Positions 17,131 to 26,611 are shown, numbered from the stretch's first letter. The stretch: 64,000 nucleotides of DNA from Rhodospirillales bacterium (GCA_038120295.1 JAYOLL010000010.1:35149-99148); one strand, 5' to 3'. Notes: a model not told the origin generated them from the letters alone. Numbers and translations: made by a program.

Positions 17131-18120
17131 CTACACCACCACCTTCGTCATCATCCCCTTCGGGAAAATGTCTTCCGGTGTCACGTGCTTGTGGGCGATG
17201 CCCTGCTGGTAGGTGTAGAGCAGCATCTGTTCCCAGGTCGCGCGGTTCTCGTCGATGCCGAACGGGAACGGGTCGCCGCCGAACTTGTTCTTCATGCGCT
17301 CGCCATAGGCCGGCACCCAGGGCAGCGGGTAGCGCGACACGGCAGGGTCGAGCATGCGTTCGATACTGCGGCGGCGCGATTCGTCGAACGCGTTATAGAG
17401 GTTGCGCGCGACCCACGGGTTTTCGTCGAGGATATGCTTCTGCATGACCATGATGTGCATGATCGGCCAGATATGGTTCTTGTCCCAGTACTCGTCTTCC
17501 ATCTCGAGATAGTTGGGGAACAGCCGTTCGACATCGGGATGGCCCTGCAGGAAGCAGGTCGGCGGGCGGGCGATGATGGCGCAGTCGATCTCGCCGGCGG
17601 CCAGCATTTCCGACAGTGACTTGTCGGCGACGCGGGTGATCTCGACACCGTCGGGCAGGTTGAGCTCTACCTTCTCGACGCGGCCCGGCGCGTTGGCGCC
17701 GGCCTGGTACCAGTTGACCTCGGGCAGGGTCACGCCGCATTCGTTATGCATCCAGCCCCGCATGTAGACGGCGGCCGAATGGGCCCATTCGGGCGAGCCG
17801 ACGCGCTTGCCCTTCAGGTCCTGCACGGTTTTGATGCCGGATTTCTTGTTGATGTAAAACGACGAGAAGCGGAACAGGCGCGAGCACACCACCGGCAGGC
17901 CGATGATGTCGGAATCCTCACGCGTCACCTGGGCGGAGAACTTGGCGAAACTCAGCTCGCTGACATCCCATTCGCGGTTGGCGGTAAAGCGCGCGAAACA
18001 TTCGTGATGGCCCAGCATCGACCAGGTGTGGTCGATCCCCTCGGCGCGTACCGCGCCGGTGCGGAAATCGCGAAAATGGTCGTAATCGGTCGAAGCGATA
18101 CTCAGTTTGAGCGGCGTCAT
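17131..18120 (-). CDS. 4,5-dihydroxyphthalate decarboxylase-like protein (NMT1/THI5 solute-binding-like fold, cytoplasmic)
   Basis: 329 aa with no signal peptide. N-terminus MTPLKLSIASTDYDHFRDFRTGAVRAEGID. It is a paralogue of 55284..56273, whose N-terminus is MKKLPLTMACGPYDRMEGLRDGTIQPEGID. Confidence 0.65.
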   Translation of the reverse strand: MTPLKLSIASTDYDHFRDFRTGAVRAEGIDHTWSMLGHHECFARFTANREWDVSELSFAKFSAQVTREDSDIIGLPVVCSRLFRFSSFYINKKSGIKTVQDLKGKRVGSPEWAHSAAVYMRGWMHNECGVTLPEVNWYQAGANAPGRVEKVELNLPDGVEITRVADKSLSEMLAAGEIDCAIIARPPTCFLQGHPDVERLFPNYLEMEDEYWDKNHIWPIMHIMVMQKHILDENPWVARNLYNAFDESRRRSIERMLDPAVSRYPLPWVPAYGERMKNKFGGDPFPFGIDENRATWEQMLLYTYQQGIAHKHVTPEDIFPKGMMTKVVV

Positions 18121-18165
18121 GGAAACTTCTCCTCTTATTCGGTGGCGCTTTTAGACCATATTCCC

Positions 18166-18200
18166 CCGAAAAAGAAAACGGCGGCCCGAAGACCGCCGCC
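18166..18200 (-). terminator. terminator-like hairpin with U-run inside the 5' leader of the decarboxylase-like gene
   Basis: The minus strand reads GGCGGC-GGTCTTCGG-GCCGCC, then TTTTCTTTTT. It lies about 50 nt upstream of the start codon at 18120. Confidence 0.35.
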
Positions 18201-18224
18201 GGATGGGCGCCGGATGGGCGCCGG
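18197..18224. repeat. 11-bp tandem repeat, about 2.5 copies
   Basis: CGCCGGATGGG CGCCGGATGGG CGCCGG. Confidence 0.8.
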
Positions 18225-18289
18225 TTGGTTGTCGGTCGTCCTCCGTGCCATACTTTCCGAAACCCGGTTTTCTGCAATGAGGTATCGCC

Positions 18290-18811
18290 ATGCCGTTTCT
18301 GCCGTCCTTGCCCGAAGAGGCCACCGTCGCCACCATGTGGGAGGTGTTCAATCCGCAGGCCCGCGAGGGGCTGTCGCTGTTTTCACGCTCCTTCATGCGC
18401 AACGAGGGCAAGCTGACCCCCGCCGACAAGGAGCTGATCGCCGCCTATACCTCGGCGCTGAACGAGTCCGATTACTGTTTTTCCGGCCATTCGCGGGTCG
18501 CCATCAATCTCGGCTATGAGGAGAGCGTGTTCGACCCGCTGATCGAGGATCTGGCCACTGCGCCGGTGCGCGACGAGCTCAAGCCGCTGCTCGCCTTCAT
18601 CCGGGTGCTGACGCTCACGCCGGCGAAGGTGAAGAAAGAGGACGTTCAGGCGCTTCTCGACATGGGCTGGGACGAACAGTCGCTGCACGAGGCGATGGCC
18701 GTGTGCGCGCGGTTTTCGATGATGAACCGCCTGACGCTCGGCCACGGGCTAGTGGTCGACGAGGAACGCCGCGCCCGCGATGCGCTCAACATGAATTACG
18801 AACAGAGCTGA
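18290..18811 (+). CDS. carboxymuconolactone decarboxylase (AhpD-like) family protein
   Basis: 173 aa with an NESDYCFSGH core resembling the CMD/AhpD-like motif. GAGG Shine-Dalgarno. Confidence 0.7.
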   Translation: MPFLPSLPEEATVATMWEVFNPQAREGLSLFSRSFMRNEGKLTPADKELIAAYTSALNESDYCFSGHSRVAINLGYEESVFDPLIEDLATAPVRDELKPLLAFIRVLTLTPAKVKKEDVQALLDMGWDEQSLHEAMAVCARFSMMNRLTLGHGLVVDEERRARDALNMNYEQS

Positions 18812-18824
18812 GGGGAGGACTGGC

Positions 18825-19661
18825 ATGGCGACCTATCCGCTTCCCGATATCGATCTCGCCGGGCGTGTCGTCCTGATGACAGGCGGCGATCGCGGGCTGG
18901 GCCTGTCGATGGCCATGGCCCAGGCAAAATGCGGCGCGTCGGTCGTGCTCGCCTCGGTCGATGGCGAAGGCTGCGAGAGAGCCGCGCAGGAGATCGAGGA
19001 TGCGGTCGGCGCCGGTCGGATTCTGGCGGTCACGCTCGACATCACCGACCTTGAGGCCTGCCGCGCCGCGGTGGCGGCGACGGTAGAAAAATTCGGTCGC
19101 CTCGACGCGGTGTTCAACAATGCGCGGCGCCTGATGCGCGGCGGCACCCTGCCGGCCGCCGGAAACTCGCTGCCGATTTACGAGACCGATCCGGAAATCT
19201 ATTCCCAAACCATCATGGTCAACGTGGTCGGCACGTTCTTCATGTCCCGCGCCGCGGCGGAATATTTTCGCGAGACCGGGGGAGGAAAGATCGTCAACGT
19301 TTCGACGTCGCGGCGCAATTTCTCGCGCCCGCGCAATTCGCCCTACGGCGTCAGCAAGGCGGCGGTCGAGGCGTCGACCATTATCTGGGCCGGAGATCTG
19401 GCGGACGATAACGTCACGGTGAACACGCTCCTGCCGGGGGCGGCAGTCGATGCCGACCCCTTACGCGAAAAGAAGGAGGGGCAGGTGCTGCTGCCGGTCG
19501 ATATCATGGACCCGCTGGCCGTGTGGCTGGCCTCCGCCGGTTCCGACGGGGCCACCGCCAGGCGCTATGTCGGCAAGCTGTGGAACCCGGAACTGCCGCC
19601 GGATGAAGCCGCCGACGGGGCGCGGGAAGAGCCGACTTTCATCGAGCAGTTGCCGGGATAA
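18825..19661 (+). CDS. SDR-family oxidoreductase
   Basis: VVLMTGGDRGLGLSMA glycine-rich motif and YGVSKAAV catalytic motif. GGGGAGGA Shine-Dalgarno. Confidence 0.8.
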   Translation: MATYPLPDIDLAGRVVLMTGGDRGLGLSMAMAQAKCGASVVLASVDGEGCERAAQEIEDAVGAGRILAVTLDITDLEACRAAVAATVEKFGRLDAVFNNARRLMRGGTLPAAGNSLPIYETDPEIYSQTIMVNVVGTFFMSRAAAEYFRETGGGKIVNVSTSRRNFSRPRNSPYGVSKAAVEASTIIWAGDLADDNVTVNTLLPGAAVDADPLREKKEGQVLLPVDIMDPLAVWLASAGSDGATARRYVGKLWNPELPPDEAADGAREEPTFIEQLPG

Positions 19662-19665
19662 CGGG

Positions 19666-21006
19666 CTAAAGACTCCGCGCAGGGGCGTCCGGTCGCCCGG
19701 CTTCTCCCCGATCCTGTTCGTTCAGGATCCGGATCTCGCGTTGCGGGAACGGAATCCTGATGCCGTTCTCCTTCAGCGCCTTCCAGATCATGAACAGAAG
19801 ATCGGCGCCGACCCGGTTTTCGCCGTCGTCGACGCCTTCCATCCAGAACTCCACGAGGATATTGATGCCGGAATCTCCGAATTTCGCGATTTCGGCGTCG
19901 GGCCTCAGCTCGACCGGCAGGTCGTCGCCGCTGATAACCTTCGGGTGGCTGGCGATCACCTCGCGCAGGATCGGGAACATCTTTTCAAGGTCGGTCCCAT
20001 AGGCGACATCGAAATTGATCGGGTAACGCTGCAGCTGATTGTTATGCGTCCAGTTGGTGAAGGAGGTGGTGATGAATTTCTCGTTCGGCACCATGATGTC
20101 CTTGCCGTCGTAGGTTTCCAGCGTCGCCGACCGCATCGTCAGCTCGCGTAGCCTGCCGCTCCGACCGTCCTCAAGCTGGATGAAGTCGCCGATGGCGATG
20201 CTGCGGTCCAGCAGGATGATGATGCCGGAAATGAAGTTGGACGCGATCTGCTGCAGCCCGAAGCCAAGCCCGACGCCCAGCGCGCCGCCGAACACCGCCA
20301 GCGCCGTGAGGTCGATCCCCATGATGTTGAGCAACAGCAGGAAGATGATGACGAATATGGCGATCTCGAACAGCTTCGCGATCACTTCGCGGGTCCCCGG
20401 CTCGATCGTTTCCCGGCTGCGAATGACTCTTTGGCCGGTATTGTTGGACAGGCGGCCAAACCAGAACAGCACGAAGCCGAAGATCAGCGTGCGCAAAACC
20501 GCGTAGACGCTGAGCTTGATATTGCCCAGCTCTATCGAAACGCTGTCGAGATACTGGATCACGTCGGCCAGCAGGCCCATGCTGTACAGCACCGCGATCG
20601 GCAGGCCGATCCATTTCAGAAGGGCGACGATCGTGGCGTTCCTGATCAGGTGAATGGCCAGGCTGTAGACGACGAAGATAAAGGCTACGCCCTGCGCCGC
20701 CCGGGGCAGCCAGGCTTCGCCCAGAAGGCCGGCGCTGATCGGTGTCGCGATTCCGAGGGCGATGGCGGCCGTCACCGGCTGGACCAGCGCGTGGGCGCGG
20801 TAGAGCGCGGATCTCAGGTCGAAAAGAACGCCCGGATGCGGTTCTGACCGAAAAAACCTGACATGCCGGATGACATACGCGCCGATGATGCAACCGATCG
20901 CGAGGGCCAGCGCGACGATACCGATCTGCAGGTAAAAATCCGTGTCCGACAGTTCGGAATAGGCTGTCCGCCAGATCGTCTCAAGACGTTCAGTAAGTTT
21001 GTCCAT
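19666..21006 (-). CDS. mechanosensitive ion channel (MscS family)
   Basis: Several TM helices, then GFGLQQIASNFISGIIILLDRSIAIGDFI and MVPNEKFITTSFTNWTH, the conserved MscS core. Confidence 0.85.
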   Translation of the reverse strand: MDKLTERLETIWRTAYSELSDTDFYLQIGIVALALAIGCIIGAYVIRHVRFFRSEPHPGVLFDLRSALYRAHALVQPVTAAIALGIATPISAGLLGEAWLPRAAQGVAFIFVVYSLAIHLIRNATIVALLKWIGLPIAVLYSMGLLADVIQYLDSVSIELGNIKLSVYAVLRTLIFGFVLFWFGRLSNNTGQRVIRSRETIEPGTREVIAKLFEIAIFVIIFLLLLNIMGIDLTALAVFGGALGVGLGFGLQQIASNFISGIIILLDRSIAIGDFIQLEDGRSGRLRELTMRSATLETYDGKDIMVPNEKFITTSFTNWTHNNQLQRYPINFDVAYGTDLEKMFPILREVIASHPKVISGDDLPVELRPDAEIAKFGDSGINILVEFWMEGVDDGENRVGADLLFMIWKALKENGIRIPFPQREIRILNEQDRGEAGRPDAPARSL

Positions 21007-21096
21007 TGTACGGTATCGCCATCAGATCCTTTAAACGTCCAGCTGCGTCCGAAACCCTGAAGCCGGCACGGGAGTCCGGTCGGAAACTGTTTCGGG

Positions 21097-22254
21097 CTAA
21101 AGGCCCAGTACGCGCCTTGCGAGAATACTACGCTGGATCTCGTTCGATCCCGCATAAATCGTGTGTTTGCGGATGTCGAGCCATATCTTCGAGACGTCGA
21201 CCGGGCCGTCGTCCGTTTCCACCGGTCCCGCGTCGCCGCCATGCAGACCGGCGGCCTCCAGCAGCAGGTCGGCGATCTTCTGGACGTTCTCGGTGGCGAC
21301 GATCTTGATGAAGGAAGAGTTCGACCCGATCGGTATGTCGGCATCGGCCATCTTCACCGCATGGGAAAAAATTGCGGCCTGCGACAGCACGTCGATCTCC
21401 ATCGCTGCCAGCCGGTCCCGGAACGCTGCATCGGTTATCGCGCCGGTGGCTTTCGCGACGCGACGCACCCGGTCCAGAAGATCGAGCGCGAGTTGCGGGC
21501 TGGCGTTGCCGATCCGCTCATGGTCGAGGAGCGAGCGGGCAATTCGCCAGCCGTCATTGACCTCTCCGACGAGGTTTGTCCGAGGAACCCGGACATCTTC
21601 GAAGACGCACTCCGCGAACTCTTCCTCGTCCGCGATGGTGCGGATCGGGCGGATCGAGATGCCGGGGGTCGAAAGATCGATCAGGATTATCGAAATCCCG
21701 AGCTGTTTGCGCGGGGCGTCAGGGTCGGTGCGGACCAGCGCGTACATCCACTGGGCGTGCTGCGCCATGGTGGTCCAGATCTTGCGGCCATTGACGATGA
21801 AATCGTCGCCGTCGGCGACCGCCCGAGTGGTCAGACTCGCCAGATCCGACCCCGATCCCGGTTCGGAATAACCCTGCGCCCAATGCACCTCGCCCGAGAG
21901 GATCTTCGGAAGGTGTTCCGATTTCTGCCGGTCGGTGCCGTACCGCATCAGGATCGGCCCGATATGGCCCAGCCCCTGGCGCGACAGGGTCGGAGCGCCG
22001 ATCCGCGCCAGCTCTTCCTGCAGGATCAGCTGCTGTTGCAATGTCGCGCCCATGCCGCCGTACTCTTCCGGCCATCCCGGAGCGATCCAGCCGCGCTCGT
22101 AGAGTTTCCGGTGCCAGGGGAGCGCCTCATCCGGTGTCGGCCGGCGCGCCAGGCCGCGCAGCTCAGAGGGCAGGTTCTCTTCCAGCCACGACCGGGCCTC
22201 CGCCCGGAAACGGGCGTCTTCGCGGCTGTCTGCGATGAAGGATGGAACGGCCAT
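21097..22254 (-). CDS. acyl-CoA dehydrogenase family protein
   Basis: 385 aa with the typical ACAD layout (GYSEPGSGSD, IWTTMA, IYAGSNEIQR). Confidence 0.85.
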   Translation of the reverse strand: MAVPSFIADSREDARFRAEARSWLEENLPSELRGLARRPTPDEALPWHRKLYERGWIAPGWPEEYGGMGATLQQQLILQEELARIGAPTLSRQGLGHIGPILMRYGTDRQKSEHLPKILSGEVHWAQGYSEPGSGSDLASLTTRAVADGDDFIVNGRKIWTTMAQHAQWMYALVRTDPDAPRKQLGISIILIDLSTPGISIRPIRTIADEEEFAECVFEDVRVPRTNLVGEVNDGWRIARSLLDHERIGNASPQLALDLLDRVRRVAKATGAITDAAFRDRLAAMEIDVLSQAAIFSHAVKMADADIPIGSNSSFIKIVATENVQKIADLLLEAAGLHGGDAGPVETDDGPVDVSKIWLDIRKHTIYAGSNEIQRSILARRVLGL

Positions 22255-22279
22255 GGGCTAAGTCTAAAGCCGAATGGCG

Positions 22280-23533
22280 TCAGGCGGAACCGTCTCCGCT
22301 GTCGCTTCGGTCGATGATTCTTGAAGTCGGGAAAGTCACCGTGACGACGGTCCCGACTCCCGGTTCGCTCTTGAGATCGAATGTCGCCCCATGCAGTTCC
22401 GCCAGTGCACGGGACAGGGGAAGGCCGAGCCCGGTGCCCTCGCGGGACCGCGTCATCGTATTCTCCACCTGACCGAAAACGGTCATGACTCTGGGAATGT
22501 CCTCGCGAGCGATGCCGATACCCGTATCGGCGACCTCGAGGATGAATCCGGCGACCGGGCGGCAATAGGCGGAAATCGAGACCGAGCCGCCCCTGTCGGT
22601 GAACTTGATCGCGTTGGCCGCCAGGTTGAGCAGGATCTGTCGAATTTTTCGTGCTTCGGCGACCAGATGCGGCAGCTCTTCCGCCAGTTCAGTACGGAGC
22701 GACACACCTGCCCGGTCGGCCTGTTCGCGGAGCATCCGGGCGACCGACCGAATGGCGGTTTCGACGTCGACCTCATCTTCCTGAAGGTCCGAAACGCCGG
22801 CCTCGAATCTGGAATAATCAAGAATGTCGTTGATCAGGTCGAGCAGGTGGATGCCCGACATGTGAATGTCGGATGCGTATTCGAGATATTTTCTGCTTCC
22901 GACCGGCCCGAAAGTCTGTTCGCTTATGATTTCGGAAAAACCGATAATCGCATTCAGCGGGGTCCGGAACTCATGGCTGACATTGGACAGGAATTCGGCC
23001 TTAACCCGGCCGGCCTCTTCCGCCATAGCACGTGCCCGTTCAAGCTCATGCGCGGTTTCAAACAGTATGCTGGAGCGAGCTTCCAGTTTGCGCTTTGTCT
23101 TCAGGGCGTCCTCAAGGTCGGTCGAGAGCGCGTTGAGCCGCACCTGAAGGGTCTCTGCTGTTCCTTTCAGGTCCGTGACATCGACGGCGAGCGCATTAAA
23201 CCGCCGACCGTCGTCCGAGCTGGTTATCGACAGGCGCATCCATCGTTCGCCCGTGCTCGGCGCCGCATAGCGTACGTCCAGAACGAATGAACCCGTTCCT
23301 GTTGTCCCGTCGAGTTTTCGGAGTAGCGCATTCCGGTCTTTACGATGCAGCCGCTGGAGCAGTTTCAGAAGCCTGAACCGGGACCTGCCGTTGCCGTCCA
23401 CGGGACGGCCATCTGTATCGATTTCGAAAAAGCCGTTTTCGTCGACGCCCCAGGAGGCGCTTATCGGAGGCAGGGTGGTTGCAGCCCGGGCGCGGTAAAT
23501 GGACTCTTCGCCGCCTCCCGGGTCGTCGGTCAC
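22280..23533 (-). CDS. soluble sensor histidine kinase (PAS-like N-terminus, HisKA, HATPase_c)
   Basis: H-box FLSNVSHEFRTPLNAI, G-boxes DTGIGI and GTGLGL, C-terminal KSEPGVGTVVTVTFP. No TM segment. The GTG start overlaps the stop of the upstream Sel1 gene (GTGA). Confidence 0.85.
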   Translation of the reverse strand: MTDDPGGGEESIYRARAATTLPPISASWGVDENGFFEIDTDGRPVDGNGRSRFRLLKLLQRLHRKDRNALLRKLDGTTGTGSFVLDVRYAAPSTGERWMRLSITSSDDGRRFNALAVDVTDLKGTAETLQVRLNALSTDLEDALKTKRKLEARSSILFETAHELERARAMAEEAGRVKAEFLSNVSHEFRTPLNAIIGFSEIISEQTFGPVGSRKYLEYASDIHMSGIHLLDLINDILDYSRFEAGVSDLQEDEVDVETAIRSVARMLREQADRAGVSLRTELAEELPHLVAEARKIRQILLNLAANAIKFTDRGGSVSISAYCRPVAGFILEVADTGIGIAREDIPRVMTVFGQVENTMTRSREGTGLGLPLSRALAELHGATFDLKSEPGVGTVVTVTFPTSRIIDRSDSGDGSA

Positions 23534-24270
23534 GCCGCGCTTCCGACGTCCGATGCTGCTGTCCTGGCGTCGTTGGCGCTCTCCGCCCGGACCGGCACGT
23601 GGTCGGGAGCCGCCGCTGCCGTTTGCGCCTGGAGCCTTTCTTCCGGCGTCATCGCATCCTGGGCTACCTTTCGCGCGGCGAGCGCCGCCTTACGCGATTT
23701 TGCCGGCAACCCGTTGCGGAGGGCCCGTGAAATCCAGACGAAGGCCGCCAGCGGGTCCGTGCCGGTTCCCTTGCCGTCCCGGAGCATCATGCCGTAGACG
23801 AACTGGGAACTGGCGTCGCCCAGACAGGCTGCTTTCTCGTACCAGTGCGCCGCCATAGACAGATCCTTCGGCACAGCAGTGCCGCGAGCATGGAGGTTTC
23901 CCAGCGACACCATCGCAGCCCGATGCCCTGCCGTTGCCGCCTGCGTCAGAAGCTCGACTGCCTTTCCCGTGTTTTCTCCTGCCATCTCTGCGTCCATCCC
24001 CCGCGACAGGAGCAGCTTCCCCAGCCGGTAGCGCGCTTCGACCGAACCGCCGCCGAATGCTCTCCTGTACCAGACGGCCGCTTCCTCTGAATTGGAAGGA
24101 ACTCCGTTTCCGAGGCGATACATCTCGGCCATTTCCAGCTGCGCTTCGACATCGCCATTCGCGGCCCTCCTGGCGCGCTTAATCATGGAGTCCGTAAAGC
24201 TCTCTGGGAAGAGCATTTCCCGAGAAATTTTCAACTTTTGCGTCCCTCGCGGTTTGAGAGGACGCATCAT
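23530..24270 (-). CDS. Sel1-like repeat (SLR/TPR-like) protein
   Basis: Repeated A-x-WY-x-KAA-x-G-like units (EAAVWYRRAFGGG, MAAHWYEKAACLGD). The start is placed at MMRPLKPRG (24270). The first 89 codons of track ORF 23530..24537 look non-coding. The exact start is uncertain. Confidence 0.7.
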   Translation of the reverse strand: MMRPLKPRGTQKLKISREMLFPESFTDSMIKRARRAANGDVEAQLEMAEMYRLGNGVPSNSEEAAVWYRRAFGGGSVEARYRLGKLLLSRGMDAEMAGENTGKAVELLTQAATAGHRAAMVSLGNLHARGTAVPKDLSMAAHWYEKAACLGDASSQFVYGMMLRDGKGTGTDPLAAFVWISRALRNGLPAKSRKAALAARKVAQDAMTPEERLQAQTAAAAPDHVPVRAESANDARTAASDVGSAA

Positions 24271-24369
24271 AAGAGACCGGCCTTGTCGGTTGGTTAATAG
24301 TCCTTCCCTGAGTTTACCCTCCGTAAACACCGTGGTGGTAGTCAATGGGCACGCCTGTCGAGGACGAAG

Positions 24370-24822
24370 ATGGATTTTTTCGGAACAGCAAAGAAGATCG
24401 TGTGCAGCATCATCGCGACGGCCCTGGCGATGACAGTCGCCGCGGTCGAGGGATTGCTGCCGCACAGGCCGGACTGGCTGGAGCGCGTCGCCAACCTCGC
24501 GGATACCCTGAAATCGGTCTACGAGACCGGTGGTCATCCCGACGTCTCGCCCGGTTCCCCGAGGGATTCCGGAGAGGCCGCGCCCGAGTTCGATCAGAGC
24601 CGGTTGCTCCTTGCCTACACAGAGCTCTGGGAGTTCGTTCAGGAGTTGCGAAATGATGGGCTGTCGCTCGATGACGAGTTCTGCGACCGGATCGAACGGG
24701 AATGGTCCGTAACCACCCTGCTCACCTATCTCCGGAGCGCCGACCGGACCCTACGCGATCATGCGAACACGAAGCTGGTTTCGGCATCCGCCGTTATGTC
24801 TCCGCCACAGAACGGCGACTGA
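24370..24822 (+). CDS. hypothetical protein with one N-terminal hydrophobic helix
   Basis: 150-aa ORF with GC3-rich codon usage, divergent from the Sel1-kinase pair. I recognised no family. Confidence 0.4.
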   Translation: MDFFGTAKKIVCSIIATALAMTVAAVEGLLPHRPDWLERVANLADTLKSVYETGGHPDVSPGSPRDSGEAAPEFDQSRLLLAYTELWEFVQELRNDGLSLDDEFCDRIEREWSVTTLLTYLRSADRTLRDHANTKLVSASAVMSPPQNGD

Positions 24823-24928
24823 TCCCGAAAGTCCGGTTTGCGGTAAATTTCGGAAGTTTCCATCGGCCCGAAAATTGATCTAGTGTCCCCGCCGACCGTC
24901 GCCGGGGCGGTCGCAACGGGGCGTGATT

Positions 24929-25996
24929 ATGAAACTGCTGATTTTACCGGGCGACGGGATCGGGCCGGAAATCGTCGATGTCGCCAGAAAAGCTCTGGCT
25001 GCGCTGAATGACCGTTTTGCGCTGGGGCTGATATTCGAAACCGAGGAAATCGGCCTGGCCCGACTCGAGGCGGCCGGTTCCACCCTGCCCGAAAGCGTGC
25101 AGGACAAAATGCGCGCTGCAGACGGCATTGTACTCGGCCCGGTATCGACCCATGCCTATCCGCATTCTTCAGAAGGCGGCATAAACGTTTCCGCCTGGTC
25201 CCGTACCCGGCTCGACCTTTATGCCAATATCCGGCCGAGCGCAGTCAGGCACGGCGTTCCCGCGCACGTGCCGGCCATGGACCTGGTGATCGTCCGCGAG
25301 AATACAGAAGGCTTCTATGCCGACCGCAACATGGCCTGGGGCACCGGCGAGTTCATGCCGACGAAAGACGTTGCCCTCGCTGTCGGCAAGGCGACGCGCG
25401 AAGGGTGCCGCCGCATTGCGGCTGCAGCGTGCGAGCTCACCATGCGGCGGAACCGGCGGCTGACGATCGTCCACAAGGCGAACGTACTGACCAGGTATAG
25501 CGGCCTGTTTCTGGAGACCGCGCGCGAGGTGGCGAACGCTTACCCCGATATTGAGGTCGACGACGTGATCGTCGATGCGATGGCGGCGCTTCTGGTGCGC
25601 GAGCCCGAGCGGTTCGATGTGATTGTGACCAGCAACATGTTCGGCGACATCCTGTCCGACGAGGCGGCGGAACTGGCCGGCGGGCTGGGCCTTGCTGCAT
25701 CGCTCAACGCCGGCGACGATCACGCGGTGGCGCAGGCGGCGCATGGTTCCGCTCCGGACATCGCCGGTCAGGACATCGCCAACCCGGCCGCGATTCTGCA
25801 TTCGACGGCGATGCTGCTTGAGCATCTCGGCGCGAGGATCGGCGATAACGGCCTTGCTGAGGCCGCCAGATGCCTGGCGGACGGGACCGATGAAGTCCTG
25901 GCCCATGACGCGACGCGGACGAAGGATCTGGGCGGGCAGGGCGGCACCAGGGCGTTCGGCGACGCCCTGGTCCGGAGGATTGCCTCTGAAGGCTAG
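24929..25996 (+). CDS. isocitrate/3-isopropylmalate/tartrate dehydrogenase family protein
   Basis: MKLLILPGDGIGPEIV at the N-terminus, plus NMFGDILSDEAA and the GSAPDIAG motif. The track ORF starts 6 nt earlier, at a GTG. Confidence 0.85.
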   Translation: MKLLILPGDGIGPEIVDVARKALAALNDRFALGLIFETEEIGLARLEAAGSTLPESVQDKMRAADGIVLGPVSTHAYPHSSEGGINVSAWSRTRLDLYANIRPSAVRHGVPAHVPAMDLVIVRENTEGFYADRNMAWGTGEFMPTKDVALAVGKATREGCRRIAAAACELTMRRNRRLTIVHKANVLTRYSGLFLETAREVANAYPDIEVDDVIVDAMAALLVREPERFDVIVTSNMFGDILSDEAAELAGGLGLAASLNAGDDHAVAQAAHGSAPDIAGQDIANPAAILHSTAMLLEHLGARIGDNGLAEAARCLADGTDEVLAHDATRTKDLGGQGGTRAFGDALVRRIASEG

Positions 25997-26550
25997 TGCT
26001 TGTGGCCCCGATGCATGCCGCTGTCGTGCATGCCGCCGCCTTTCATGTTGCCGTGCGGTTTCATCGCGCCGATCTTGCCGACCTTGACCGGAATTTCGAT
26101 TTCTCCGGCCTTTTCGAACACGAAGGTGACCGGGAAGGTCTCACCTTCGATCAGCTTTTTATGTAGCCCCAGTAGCATGATGTGATAGCCGCCGGGCTTC
26201 ATCAGGATGGTTTCGCCCGGCGAGAGGGCGATGCCGTCTTTGACGCGCCTCATCCTCATCACGGTGCCTTCCATGATGTGGGTATGGATCTCGACGTTCC
26301 TCGCGACCGGCGATTTTGCGTCGATCAGGCGATCGATTGCTGCGCCCTTATTGACCAGTTGCGCGTATGCAGCGCCATTCCCACCGACCGATGCGCGCGC
26401 CCAGGGGGCCTCGATGGCAATGTTACCTGCCATGGTTTTTATCTGGTTCGACGGCATGCTCTGGTCCTTATGACCGTGCATGGGCTGGGCATGGGCCGAC
26501 GACAGCGTCAGCATGACGGCGGCTACCGTCAGGATTGTCATTGTTTTCAT
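25993..26550 (-). CDS. periplasmic copper chaperone PCu(A)C (DUF461) with a His/Met-rich C-terminal tail
   Basis: Signal peptide, then EIHTHIMEGTVMRMRRV and GGYHIMLLGL, the PCuAC H/M copper motif. The tail is MKPHGNMKGGGMHDSGMHRGHKH. Confidence 0.8.
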   Translation of the reverse strand: MKTMTILTVAAVMLTLSSAHAQPMHGHKDQSMPSNQIKTMAGNIAIEAPWARASVGGNGAAYAQLVNKGAAIDRLIDAKSPVARNVEIHTHIMEGTVMRMRRVKDGIALSPGETILMKPGGYHIMLLGLHKKLIEGETFPVTFVFEKAGEIEIPVKVGKIGAMKPHGNMKGGGMHDSGMHRGHKH

Positions 26551-26611
26551 ATCCGATCTCTCTGTTTTCCGGCAGGCGCGCCGGGCGTTTCAAAAAAAGG
26601 TGGCGAGATCG

